Shown here in pieces: positions 39,801 to 48,925 of a stretch of DNA of 64,000 nt. The position numbers were made by a program, and so were the translations under genes. Below the pieces are notes generated by a model. It had not been told where the DNA came from, did not search any database, and saw only the letters and a program-made list of their open reading frames with translations. Position 1 is the first letter of the stretch, and every line of letters starts with the position of its first letter. The DNA is from Mycoplasma sp. CAG:956 (GTDB taxonomy: Bacteria; Bacillota_I; Bacilli_A; RF39; UBA660): assembly GCA_000433475.1 (NCBI GenBank), contig HF993109.1, positions 133,712 to 197,711 on the forward strand, given 5' to 3'.

Positions 39801-40205
39801 AACTGTTATATCGGTAGTATCTCTTTCGGTGCTAACTTCATGCAAACTATAAAAACCATGAAAGAAGCTGAATCTCATAATGGACCAAGTTTGATTATTT
39901 GCTATTGTCCATGTATCGAACAAGGACTTCATGGAGGTATGTCAAACTCTATAAGTGAAGAAAAACTAGCTGTAGAATGTGGTTATGTTAATTTAATGCG
40001 TTATGTACCAGAAGATAAGAAGTTATATATCGATTCTAAAGAACCAGATTTTACTAAGTATGAAGACTTCTTAAAGAATGAAGTAAGATATAGTAGTCTA
40101 ATAAAGAAAGATAACGAACTTGCTAAAGAATTATTAGATATTCAAGTAAATAATGCTAAAGAAAGATATAACTTCTATAAAGATATAGCAAGTAAAAATA
40201 ATTAA
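36837..40205 (+). CDS. nifJ: Pyruvate:ferredoxin (flavodoxin) oxidoreductase, single-polypeptide PFOR
   Basis: 1122 aa; two 4Fe-4S ferredoxin motifs CIQCGMCATVCPH and CTSCGLCINAC; TPP-binding GDGWAYDIGFGG; typical PFOR N-terminus. Confidence 0.95.
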   Translation: MRKIVDGNTACSNIANLFTEIASIYPITPSSPMASNIDNLKLKKKNLFNESVEVVEMQSEAGAAGAMHGALISGSLATTFTASQGLLLMIPNMYKIAGEGLPGVIHVAARTVATHALSIFGDHSDIYATRGTGFAMLASTNVFDAQNLAAVAHLSTIEGSVPFLHFFDGFRTSHELNSIEELPDEELLKLIDFDKVNAFKKHALNVGCGYQRGMAENEDIYFQSVEARNADYLKIPDIVNNYMEKINSIMHTDYKPFNYYGSETAKYVIVAMGSVCDTIKLTINELNKENNIYGLIEVHLYRPFSKDYLTKVLPSTVEKIAVLDRTKESGSIGEPLYLDVVASLNDKNIQIVGGRYGLSSKNTTPSDIAGVYKMLATELKNNFTIGINDDVTNLSLTRVPMDIEVADKELIIYGYGSDGMVSTSKDIMHYLGEEKDLHVQGYFQYDSKKSGGVTVSNLRMSSKPINAPYYVLHPSLLVITKDAYLKDFDMFSNLKENGICLINTNKKSHELDEVLPNKAKDLIKNKNIKVLLIDADKIALENGIKGKISKIMEIVILKLMGFNDAEDYIKDSIRKKFGTKGDDIVNANINSLSSAVKSVILVKAEFKNKEETESHDDIFTLINKREGDNLKVSDLMAYKNGIFPNGLAANEKRKITNMVPKWIPENCIQCGMCATVCPHAVIRPIITEAKDEERGIKVLGHTDYNYEIVVSEADCTSCGLCINACLGKSGKKALEFGEATYETQDYADKMFKEHKNPEIFDRFTLKGASLRKPCFEFSGACAGCGETPYLKMLSQLFGEKLVIANATGCSSIYGGSAPSTPYLIPWANSLFEDNAEFGYGMYLTYKNTQKRIRDIIAKSIDCVSEDVKELLNKWLENETNYDITKEIVDKLQTMEIPKDIKDIIEYMVARSVFIVGGDGWAYDIGFGGIDHVLSSGENVNVLVLDTEVYSNTGGQASKSSRVGAVAEFANMGKKTAKKDLFKIAMSYPNCYIGSISFGANFMQTIKTMKEAESHNGPSLIICYCPCIEQGLHGGMSNSISEEKLAVECGYVNLMRYVPEDKKLYIDSKEPDFTKYEDFLKNEVRYSSLIKKDNELAKELLDIQVNNAKERYNFYKDIASKNN

Positions 40206-40432
40206 AAATGTATTAAAGATGTAGATATTTGTCTATGTCTTTTTTTAAAGGGCAAGCCAAATATAAAAATATAAGTTACTTAAAACTTGAAATATTTATT
40301 ATTTTGTTAGAAGACAAATATTAAATTTAACCAGAAGATAAAAAAGGTTTTAATCTATGTAAACTTTTACTTGACAAATAGTAAAAAAATGTTAAACTAA
40401 TCATCAACCAGAAAAAGAAAGCAGGTGGGTTT

Positions 40433-40786
40433 ATGGTTAAAGGTGATAGATTAAAAGCATTAAGAAAAGAAAAGGGTCTAACCCAAAGTCAATTAGGTGA
40501 ATTAATCGGTGTCAAAAAATCCGTTATTTGTCTTTATGAAAGAGAACTTAGAAATCCAACTATTGAAAGTATCGTTGCCTTATGTCAAATTTTTAATGTC
40601 AATGCTGATTATTTAATTGGTAATGATGAACTAGCAACTATTGATAATAATAATGAAGAACATTTTGCAATGACTAAAGAAGAAGTCGACTTTATAATAG
40701 AGCTTCGCAAAAATAAAGCAGCATATGCTCTTCTAGTAGAAGATTTAAAAAGGGGAATGGATTTTCTAAAATCCAAAATTAATTAA
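40433..40786 (+). CDS. XRE-family HTH transcriptional regulator
   Basis: LKALRKEKGLTQSQLGELIGVKKSVICLYERELRNPTIESIVALCQIFNV; RBS AGGTGGG. Confidence 0.85.
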   Translation: MVKGDRLKALRKEKGLTQSQLGELIGVKKSVICLYERELRNPTIESIVALCQIFNVNADYLIGNDELATIDNNNEEHFAMTKEEVDFIIELRKNKAAYALLVEDLKRGMDFLKSKIN

Positions 40787-40854
40787 AGTCTAGGAAACTA
40801 GATTTATAAAAAGATTAGGGAATAATGACCATTAGAAAAAGTAAAGGGGAAAAT

Positions 40855-41598
40855 ATGAAAAAAGTAACTGAAGATTTAGTAAAAAAATTAGCATATGAAG
40901 AAAGATTATGTATTTATACATTAGCACGTAAAGGAGAAATATCTCCAAACGAAATAGAAAACTATATGTATGTTGTTGAAAATTTAACAAAAATAAATAT
41001 GAGTGGAATCAATTTTGATTTTGAAACAGTTAACCAATTAGGAATAGATAATTGTTGTGCTTTTTTTAAGGCTTTGTGTGAACAATATAGCAAACTTGCT
41101 AGTCCAGATAATGAGTTTGCTCGTTATGAGGCCAGTCAAGTTAGATGTGAAGTAGAAGTCCCTGGTAGCAATAATGCTGTGCCTCAAAAAATGAGCATTG
41201 GATTACATGATTGTGCTTCAATGGTTGATAAAGCCATCGATGAAAATTACAATGAATTAAAAGTCGGTTGTATGTATGGCAATTCTGATGAATCTATTTA
41301 TAGATACGCTCAAGTTGGAACTATAGCTGATGTATATTATAGAATTAGAGATTTAATTGAAGGAAAGAATTATTTTGATGGTAAATTCATGTCAGAATAT
41401 AGAGAACTAGGCCCTATATTTGCCAGTCAAAGCGATACATTAATTGCCAATTATGCACGTCGTAAAAATATCTCAAAAGAAGAAGCTAAGCAAGAATTAC
41501 GCCAAACTTTAGATGATGGATTTGCTGCACTTAGTAAAACACCAATCAAAGTTGAAAAACATGAAACAACATTAGAATTTAAACCAAAAAATAAATAG
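40855..41598 (+). CDS. Hypothetical cytoplasmic protein (247 aa)
   Basis: Start moved to ATG 40855 with RBS AAAGGGGA; several Cys; no motif. Confidence 0.55.
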   Translation: MKKVTEDLVKKLAYEERLCIYTLARKGEISPNEIENYMYVVENLTKINMSGINFDFETVNQLGIDNCCAFFKALCEQYSKLASPDNEFARYEASQVRCEVEVPGSNNAVPQKMSIGLHDCASMVDKAIDENYNELKVGCMYGNSDESIYRYAQVGTIADVYYRIRDLIEGKNYFDGKFMSEYRELGPIFASQSDTLIANYARRKNISKEEAKQELRQTLDDGFAALSKTPIKVEKHETTLEFKPKNK

Positions 41599-41681
41599 TA
41601 TAATGTATTATAATGAATATAGATGTGAAGAACGTCTATATTTTTTAATACTTTTGAATATGATTTTACTAGGTGATCATT

Positions 41682-42458
41682 TTGAAAAAATATAAAAAAT
41701 ACATCCTTTTTAGTCTTTTAGTTCTTTTAAGTTTTTATACTACTAATAAAACAGCTAACCTGGTTCGTAATCAAGATCCCATTTTAAAAGAAATAAGAAA
41801 CATTAGTTTAGAAAAAAAAGAAGACTTTGTTAATGCAGTTATTCAGGATGACTATATTATTCCCGGAATGTATGGAAGCGTTGTAGATGAGTTAAAAAGT
41901 CTATCCAAAATGAAAGAACAAGATGTTTTTAACAATTTATATTTAGTTAGTCAACCGATTAAGCCCGATATTTCCTTAAGTGATAACTTAGATAAAATCA
42001 TAATTAAAGGTAATAGTAAAAAACAGCAAGTAAGCTTCGTTATTGATGAAAATAGTAGTAAAAAAATTAAAGATTACTTAGTAAAAAATAGTATCAAAGC
42101 ATCACTTTTAATTACTAAAGATAATTTTTCTAAAGATAGTTATTTTGAACAAATTAATAACGATTTCAAAAATTATAAGGAATTAGATAAAACACTGAAA
42201 AAAAATAAAATTAATACAAATATTTGTGTACTTGATAATAATAATTCTAATTTAAAATTTTGTAAAAGTAAGAAAAAATATTTAGTAAAACCAGGAATGT
42301 TTCTAGATAATGCTAATATTATTGAAATAAAAACAAAGCTAGATAGTGGCAGTATCATTTATATTAAGGATGCTACTTACCTAGATTGCCTAGTAGAGTA
42401 TATAAAATCTAAAGATTTAAAAATAGTACCTTTAAGTCAGTTAATTAGTGAAAAGTAA
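41682..42458 (+). CDS. Hypothetical secreted/membrane-anchored protein
   Basis: TTG start 5 nt after AGGTGA RBS (tool GTG 41673 is inside the RBS); N-terminal hydrophobic YILFSLLVLLSFYTT. Confidence 0.5.
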   Translation: MKKYKKYILFSLLVLLSFYTTNKTANLVRNQDPILKEIRNISLEKKEDFVNAVIQDDYIIPGMYGSVVDELKSLSKMKEQDVFNNLYLVSQPIKPDISLSDNLDKIIIKGNSKKQQVSFVIDENSSKKIKDYLVKNSIKASLLITKDNFSKDSYFEQINNDFKNYKELDKTLKKNKINTNICVLDNNNSNLKFCKSKKKYLVKPGMFLDNANIIEIKTKLDSGSIIYIKDATYLDCLVEYIKSKDLKIVPLSQLISEK

Positions 42459-42608
42459 TTATTACTAAAAAATAGTTGTAAAGTATTATAAAAGATAATT
42501 TGCCTTTTAAAGTGTGAAAACTAAGTGAAGATTAGGAATAATGTTTGACTAATCTTTTTAGTAATGTTAGAATTATTTTGTTAGTTTCCTAACAATGGTG
42601 GTAAAATT

Positions 42609-43067
42609 ATGCAAGAAAATAATTCAATAGGGTATCATATAATCAATACTGATAAATTAATAGGACGTTACATATTAGATAAATTTGATAAAAAAGCCAG
42701 ACATCGCATTAGTCCTATGCAAGTTATGATTATGAATTACTTACTTAAAAATCAAAATAAGAAAGTATTTCAGCAAGACATTTGTGATACTTTTAACTTA
42801 AGGCGTTCAACTGTAAGTGGTATTCTTACGACTATGGAAAAAAATGATATTATAAGAAGAAAAGTAGATACCGAAGACCCTAGAAAGAATGAAGTTAAAC
42901 TTACTAAAATTTTTATTAATAATACTAAGAGAGTATCTAATGAATTAGTAAAAATGGAAAGTATTTTAGAACAAAATTTTACCCAAGAAGAAAAAAAAGA
43001 ATTGATAAGACTGTTACAAAAATTGGAAGGAAATTTAATAAAAGAAGAGAGGAATAAAAATGTTTAA
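42609..43067 (+). CDS. MarR-family transcriptional regulator
   Basis: Winged-helix ..PMQVMIMNYLLKN....FQQDICDTFNLRRSTVSGILTTMEKNDIIRRKVDTEDPRKNEVKLT; overlaps the downstream ABC gene start by 8 nt. Confidence 0.8.
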   Translation: MQENNSIGYHIINTDKLIGRYILDKFDKKARHRISPMQVMIMNYLLKNQNKKVFQQDICDTFNLRRSTVSGILTTMEKNDIIRRKVDTEDPRKNEVKLTKIFINNTKRVSNELVKMESILEQNFTQEEKKELIRLLQKLEGNLIKEERNKNV

Positions 43068-44820
43068 ATTATTTAAAAATTTTACCAAAAAAGATATAGG
43101 TATGATAATTGTAAGCATTGTTTTAGTTGTTTTTCAAGTATGGTTAGATTTAAAACTACCTGATTATATGTCTGCTATTACTAGACTTGTTCAAACTGAC
43201 GGTGCTGCTATGGCAGATATTCTACGTCAAGGTGGTTATATGTTGCTTTGTGCCTTCGGTTCCCTAATTTCTGCTTGTATTGTTGGCTTTTTAGCTAGTA
43301 ACTTATCAGCAAACTTTTCTTATACTTTAAGAAGCAAAGTTTATAACAAAGTTTTAAACTTAAGTACCGCCGAAATTAAACAATTTCAAACTAGTAGTTT
43401 AATTACTCGTACGACTAACGATATTACCCAGTTAGAAATGCTTATATCTATTGGCTTACAATTACTTATTAAAGCTCCAATTATGGCTGTTTGGGCAATT
43501 ACTAAAATTCTAAATAAATCCATTGAGTGGAGTATGTTAACAGCCGGCTGTGTAGTAATTTTACTATGTGTAGTTATTGGCTTAATGTTAATCGTTTTAC
43601 CAAGATTTGAAAAAGTTCAGAAACTTATTGATAAAATCAATAATGTAACTAGAGAATCTATTACCGGTATCCGTGTTATAAGAGCTTTCAATGCGGAAAA
43701 ATACCAAGAAAATCGTTTTGAAAAAGTAAATGATGACTTAACTAATATGCAATTATTTAACCAAAAATGCTTTGCTATCCTAAATCCCATCATGATGCTC
43801 GTCATGAATGGTCTAACTTTGGGAATTTATGTTATTGGAACATATTTAATAAATAATGCAATTATCAGTGTTAAAATTAGTTTATTTAGTGATATGGTCA
43901 TTTTCTCTAGTTATGGTATACAAGTTATTATGTCATTTTTAATGCTTGCCATGATTTTTATGATGTGGCCTCGTGCTCAAATATCAGCTCGCCGTATTAA
44001 TGAAGTTCTAGATTGCAAAGTTAGTATTGAAGACGGTAAAGATGATATCAAACCTACAGAGGTAGGAACCGTTGAATTTAAAAATGTATCCTTTAAATAT
44101 CCAGATGCCGATGAATATTTATTACGTAATATCTCATTTAAAGTTAATAAAGGAGAAACTATTGCTTTTATTGGTTCGACTGGTTCCGGTAAAAGTAGCC
44201 TTATTAACCTAGTACCAAGATTTTATGATGCAACCGACGGCGAAGTTTTAGTGGACGGTGTTAATGTGAAAAATTACTCTTTAGAAGAATTACATAATAA
44301 ATTAGGATATATTCCTCAAAAAGCTGTTATGTTTACTGGTACAGTTAAGAGTAATGTTGCTTATGGTACTAAAAAAGGTAAGAAGCCTAGTGATAAAAAA
44401 GTGAGTGAAGCCATTAATATTGCTCAAGCTGAAGAATTCGTATCTAAAATGGAAGGTGGTCTTGATGCTCACATCGCCCGTGGTGGTACAAATGTATCCG
44501 GTGGTCAAAAACAACGTTTAGCTATTGCTAGAAGTATTGCTCGTGACCCAGAAATTTATATATTTGACGATTCATTCTCAGCCCTAGATTATAAGACTGA
44601 TGCCACCTTAAGAAGTGAATTAAAAAAATATACTAAAGATGCAACTAGTATGATTGTTGCCCAAAGAATTGGTACTATTATAAATGCTGACAAAATAGTC
44701 GTTTTAGATAAAGGTACTTGTGTTGGCATAGGTACTCATCAAGAATTATTAAAAAATTGTGAAGTCTATAAAGAAATAGCCTTATCACAATTATCAAAGG
44801 AGGAGTTAGAAAATGCCTAG
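43060..44820 (+). CDS. ABC exporter permease/ATPase fusion, subunit 1 of heterodimeric multidrug-type exporter
   Basis: 6 TM + NBD; Walker A GSTGSGKSS, signature VSGGQKQRLAIAR, Walker B IYIFDDSFSALD. Confidence 0.9.
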   Translation: MFKLFKNFTKKDIGMIIVSIVLVVFQVWLDLKLPDYMSAITRLVQTDGAAMADILRQGGYMLLCAFGSLISACIVGFLASNLSANFSYTLRSKVYNKVLNLSTAEIKQFQTSSLITRTTNDITQLEMLISIGLQLLIKAPIMAVWAITKILNKSIEWSMLTAGCVVILLCVVIGLMLIVLPRFEKVQKLIDKINNVTRESITGIRVIRAFNAEKYQENRFEKVNDDLTNMQLFNQKCFAILNPIMMLVMNGLTLGIYVIGTYLINNAIISVKISLFSDMVIFSSYGIQVIMSFLMLAMIFMMWPRAQISARRINEVLDCKVSIEDGKDDIKPTEVGTVEFKNVSFKYPDADEYLLRNISFKVNKGETIAFIGSTGSGKSSLINLVPRFYDATDGEVLVDGVNVKNYSLEELHNKLGYIPQKAVMFTGTVKSNVAYGTKKGKKPSDKKVSEAINIAQAEEFVSKMEGGLDAHIARGGTNVSGGQKQRLAIARSIARDPEIYIFDDSFSALDYKTDATLRSELKKYTKDATSMIVAQRIGTIINADKIVVLDKGTCVGIGTHQELLKNCEVYKEIALSQLSKEELENA

Positions 44821-47008
44821 ACCTATGCATGCTTCAAGTGAAAAATCAAAGGATTTCGTTGGCTCAATCAAAAGATTACTAGCTAATTTAAAACCATGGA
44901 AAGTTCTAATGGGTTTAGCTATTACTTTGGCATTTTTATCAGCCATTCTTTCTCTTACAGCTCCCAATAAACTATCTAGTCTAACTGATGTTATAACAAA
45001 TGGTATTAAACCTAATACTGATGTTTTACAAGAAATTGTTACAGAAATTAGTAATAACTTTGATAGTGAGGTCATGAGTGAAAAGACAATGCTTATTTTA
45101 ACAAGCGAAGATATAAGTACTGAAGATAAAGCAACTTATCAAGCCTTCTTAACTAAAATGCAAGAAACCACTAATAAAAGCGATATTACCGAAAATGATA
45201 GTAATACTTCTGATAATAAAGAGATCATGAAAACAATTCTTGATTTACCAAGTAGTATTTTAAATGTTTTAGTTGATGGTATTACAGTAAGTGGCATTAC
45301 AATAAGTTCTGAAGATGAAATTGCCTTCTTAAAAAGTGTAATTGATATCGATGCAAGTAAGGTGAAAGATGACACATTAAAAGTAATGGATAACTTGCCA
45401 GCATCTATCTATAATTTGATTAAACCTAATATGGATTTGGCTGCCGCTAAGAAAATTATTATTACTTTAGTATGCTTATATCTACTAAGTGCTATATTTG
45501 GCTATATTCAAAGCTATTCAATGACAACTGTATCTAATGGTTTTGCCAAAAATTTAAGAGCAAAAATTTCTATTAAGATCAATAAATTACCATTAAAATT
45601 CTTTGATTCTCATGAAATAGGTGATATTTTAAGCCGTGTTACTAACGATGTTGATACAATTGCTCAAAATTTAAATCAAAGTTTAGCTACTTTAATTAGT
45701 TCTATTACACTATTTATTGGTTCTATTATCATGATGTTTACAACTAACTGGGTAATGGCTATAACTGCAATTTTGTCGACTTTATTTGGCTTTACTTTCA
45801 TGATATCTATTCTAAAAAAATCTCAAAAATATTTTATTGCTCGTCAAGAAGAACTGGGCAATATAAATGGTCATATCGAAGAAATCTATAGTGGTCATAA
45901 TGTAGTAGAATGCTACAATGCTAAAAGCGAGGTAACAAAGACCTTCGACGAGTTAAATGGACGTTTGCGTGAGTGCAATAAAAAGAGTCAGTTTCTATCC
46001 GGACTTATGCAACCAATGATGGGATTTATTGGTAACTTTGGCTACGTTATGGTTTGTATTGTTGGTGCCTTGCTTACTATGAAAGGATATATAACATTCG
46101 GGGTAATTGTCGCTTTCATGATTTACGTTCGTTTGTTTACAAATCCACTTTCACAAATTGCTCAAGCCATGACATCACTTCAAACAACTGCTGCTGCATC
46201 AGAACGTGTTTTTGAATTCTTAGATGAAAAAGAAATGACTGATGAAAGTAATAAGACAAAAGTTTTAGACAAAAGAAAAGTTAAAGGCGATATCGAATTT
46301 AAAAACGTTAAATTTGGTTATGATGATTCAAGATTAATTATTAAAAACTTCTCAGCTAGTGCCCATCCTGGGGAAAAGATTGCTATTGTTGGTCCAACTG
46401 GTGCTGGCAAAACAACCATGGTTAACCTGCTTATGAAATTCTATGAAATAAATTCTGGTGATATTTTGATTGACGGTGTTTCTACTAAGGATTTAACAAG
46501 AGAAAATATTCATGATTTATTTATCATGGTTTTACAAGACACATGGCTATTCGAAGGCTCTATTCGTGATAATATTAAGTTTAATCAAGAAGATGTAACT
46601 GATGAAGAAATATGGGCTGCTTGTAAGACTGTTGGTGTAGACCATTTCATTAAGACTTTACCAGGGGGACTAGACTGTGTAATTGGCGAGAATGACTCTA
46701 TTAGTAGCGGTCAAAAACAATTACTTACTATTGCTCGTGGTATGATTGAAAATGCTCCATTTTTAATTTTGGATGAAGCTACTTCCAACGTTGATACCAG
46801 AACCGAGGAATTGGTACAAAAAGCCATGGATAAGTTGATGGAAGGACGTACATCATTTATTATTGCTCACCGCTTATCAACCATTAAAAATGCTAACCTT
46901 ATTCTTGTAATGAATGAAGGTAATATCATTGAACAAGGTACTCATGAAGAATTAATGAAAAAAAATGGCTTCTATGCTGACCTTTATAATTCTCAATTTA
47001 AAAAATAA
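44813..47008 (+). CDS. ABC exporter permease/ATPase fusion, subunit 2 (long extracytoplasmic loop)
   Basis: Walker A GPTGAGKTT, signature ISSGQKQLLTIARG, Walker B FLILDEATSNVD, H-loop IAHRLST; 8-nt overlap with partner. Confidence 0.9.
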   Translation: MPRPMHASSEKSKDFVGSIKRLLANLKPWKVLMGLAITLAFLSAILSLTAPNKLSSLTDVITNGIKPNTDVLQEIVTEISNNFDSEVMSEKTMLILTSEDISTEDKATYQAFLTKMQETTNKSDITENDSNTSDNKEIMKTILDLPSSILNVLVDGITVSGITISSEDEIAFLKSVIDIDASKVKDDTLKVMDNLPASIYNLIKPNMDLAAAKKIIITLVCLYLLSAIFGYIQSYSMTTVSNGFAKNLRAKISIKINKLPLKFFDSHEIGDILSRVTNDVDTIAQNLNQSLATLISSITLFIGSIIMMFTTNWVMAITAILSTLFGFTFMISILKKSQKYFIARQEELGNINGHIEEIYSGHNVVECYNAKSEVTKTFDELNGRLRECNKKSQFLSGLMQPMMGFIGNFGYVMVCIVGALLTMKGYITFGVIVAFMIYVRLFTNPLSQIAQAMTSLQTTAAASERVFEFLDEKEMTDESNKTKVLDKRKVKGDIEFKNVKFGYDDSRLIIKNFSASAHPGEKIAIVGPTGAGKTTMVNLLMKFYEINSGDILIDGVSTKDLTRENIHDLFIMVLQDTWLFEGSIRDNIKFNQEDVTDEEIWAACKTVGVDHFIKTLPGGLDCVIGENDSISSGQKQLLTIARGMIENAPFLILDEATSNVDTRTEELVQKAMDKLMEGRTSFIIAHRLSTIKNANLILVMNEGNIIEQGTHEELMKKNGFYADLYNSQFKK

Positions 47009-47029
47009 ATGTTTTAAATTAATATCTTA

Positions 47030-47064
47030 AAGAATCATTGTTTGCAATAATGGTTCTTTTCTTT
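47030..47064 (+). terminator. Rho-independent terminator after ABC exporter operon
   Basis: aagaatcatt / aatggttctt 10-bp stem (one G-U), 9-nt loop, T-run. Confidence 0.5.
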
Positions 47065-47091
47065 TATAATAGAAACTAACGGGTGATTATT

Positions 47092-47847
47092 ATGTTTAAA
47101 AATGATACAGACTATTTAGATCAACATTTTTTGGTTGATGAAGATATTATAAATAAGTATATTGATTTTCCAAAATTTAACAAAAATGATGTAGTCCTAG
47201 AAATAGGACCAGGGAAGGGGACTCTAACTAAAAAAATAGCTCCCAAGGTAAGAAAAATGTATGCTATTGAGTTGGATGAGAGATTAAAAAACTACTTAGA
47301 GGCAATTCCTAATTTAGAAGTTATTTGGGGAAGCGTTTTAGATGTAAAAATACCTAAAGCAAATAAAATCATTACCTCACTTCCATATAGTATAATTGAG
47401 CCATTTATTTATAAGATGATTAAGACGGACTTTGATGAAATGTATATGCTAATGGGGGATAAATTTGTTTTAAATGTTGTAGATAAAGAAATTACAAAGC
47501 TAAGTGTTATCACTAACAGTTTTTTTAAAACAGAAAAATTACTAGAAGTTCCTCCTATAGCATTTGATATTCCTCCTCGTACTGATTCTTATATTGTCAA
47601 AATGGAAAAAGTTGCTGAACCAGAATCAAAAAAATATCAAATTTATCGTGGCTTATATTTACTCGATGAAAAGAAAATCAAAAATAGTTTAATGGAAACT
47701 TTAATAAAATTAAATAAACTGACTAAAAGAGAAGCCAAAGAAATTATTAAAAATATGCATCTTTCTGAAAGAATATTAGAAGAAAAATTCTCTAGTTTGA
47801 GCAATAACGACTTAAAAATACTAGATAAAGTCCTTGAAAATTTATAA
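47092..47847 (+). CDS. rRNA adenine N6-methyltransferase family protein (Erm/KsgA-like), short form
   Basis: QHFLVDEDII..., SAM motif VLEIGPGKGTLT, AIELDERL, substrate motif ITSLPYSI; 251 aa is nearer Erm length than KsgA; ATG 47092 after GGGTGA RBS. Confidence 0.6.
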   Translation: MFKNDTDYLDQHFLVDEDIINKYIDFPKFNKNDVVLEIGPGKGTLTKKIAPKVRKMYAIELDERLKNYLEAIPNLEVIWGSVLDVKIPKANKIITSLPYSIIEPFIYKMIKTDFDEMYMLMGDKFVLNVVDKEITKLSVITNSFFKTEKLLEVPPIAFDIPPRTDSYIVKMEKVAEPESKKYQIYRGLYLLDEKKIKNSLMETLIKLNKLTKREAKEIIKNMHLSERILEEKFSSLSNNDLKILDKVLENL

Positions 47848-47942
47848 AATTAACAAAAGTAGCAAAAAATAAGCGAAAAAAGTAAGAAAAGCCTTGCTTT
47901 TTTTTTAGAATAATTATACAATTATATTGCGTTGGAAGTTTT

Positions 47943-48019
47943 GCACCCATAGCGCAATTGGATAGAGCGTTAGACTACGGATCTAAAGGTTAGGGGTTCG
48001 ACTCCCTTTGGGCGCACCA
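47943..48019 (+). tRNA. tRNA-Arg (anticodon ACG)
   Basis: Cloverleaf by hand: acceptor GCACCCA/TGGGCGC (one A3-C70 mismatch), D-loop AATTGGATA, anticodon loop CTACGGA, T-arm AGGGG-TTCGACT-CCCTT, encoded CCA. Confidence 0.75.
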
Positions 48020-48026
48020 CGTATTT

Positions 48027-48103
48027 CGAGAAGTAGCACAGTTTGGTAGTGCACTTGGTTTGGGACCAAGGGGTCGCAGGTTCGAATCCTGTCTTCTCGA
48101 CCA
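48027..48103 (+). tRNA. tRNA-Pro (anticodon UGG)
   Basis: Acceptor CGAGAAG/CTTCTCG with C1-G72 typical of bacterial tRNA-Pro, anticodon loop TTTGGGA, T-arm GCAGG-TTCGAAT-CCTGT, encoded CCA. Confidence 0.85.
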
Positions 48104-48263
48104 TTTGAGTTTATTAAATATCGTATTTCTACGGTATTTTTTTTTATCCACCCCTTGGCTCCAAAACAATAGCACTACAAGTCTGTGCTACATATATAAT
48201 ATAGTGATACTTAATATCAAATTAAAATTCAAAGAAAGGTGATACTTATAAAAGAAAGATAAA

Positions 48264-48887
48264 TTGTTTCTATACTATAATTTTGCTTTAAGGATGCTTG
48301 AAACCGAAATAAATATTTTAGTAGATGAGTTTGTTTTTAATCACGGCTATAATCCAGTTGAACATATTAAATCAAGAATTAAAAGTGAAAAAAGCATTAA
48401 AAATAAATTAAAAGATAAAGGATATGACTATACATTAGCTAATATAAAAAAATATATTCATGATGTTGTAGGAATTAGAATTGTTGTTTCATTTTTAAGT
48501 GATGTTTATGATATTGTTAGCGTTCTTAAAAATAGCCAAGACTTAATTATAGTTAAGCAACAAGATTATATTAAAGAACCAAAAGATACTGGTTACATTT
48601 CTTATCATTTAAATGTCTTAATACCTATTTATTTAAATAACAAAACCGAATATGTTGAAGGTGAAATTCAAATAAGAACCATTGCCATGGATTTTTGGGC
48701 TAGTCTTGACCATAAAATTGAATATAAATTCAGTGATACAGAGAAAATACCTTTAGAAGTTTACGATAAAATGTATGAAAATTCTCTAATTATTAAAGAA
48801 CTAGATAAAAAAATGATGCATTTAAATGAAACAGTTAATAAGTATGAAAATGATAAAAAAACTAAAAATCAAGGCAAGTATGAGTAG
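48264..48887 (+). CDS. Small alarmone synthetase (RelA/SpoT synthetase-only domain, RelQ/RelP-like)
   Basis: ..NPVEHIKSRIKSEKSIKNKLKDKG......I..YIHDVVGIRIVVSFLSDVY.......YIKEPKDTGYISYHLNV...EIQIRTIAMDFWASLDHKIEYK; annotated start is TTG, ATG 48294 is an alternative. Confidence 0.8.
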   Translation: MFLYYNFALRMLETEINILVDEFVFNHGYNPVEHIKSRIKSEKSIKNKLKDKGYDYTLANIKKYIHDVVGIRIVVSFLSDVYDIVSVLKNSQDLIIVKQQDYIKEPKDTGYISYHLNVLIPIYLNNKTEYVEGEIQIRTIAMDFWASLDHKIEYKFSDTEKIPLEVYDKMYENSLIIKELDKKMMHLNETVNKYENDKKTKNQGKYE

Positions 48888-48925
48888 TACTCATTAAAGC
48901 CTTGATTTTATTATTTTAAATTACT

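Noticed and set aside
47990-48242. ORFs 47990..48175 (-) and 48060..48242 (+)
   Set aside because: They overlap the two tRNA genes. The translation PLGPKPSALPNCATS is a typical tRNA-derived pseudo-ORF.
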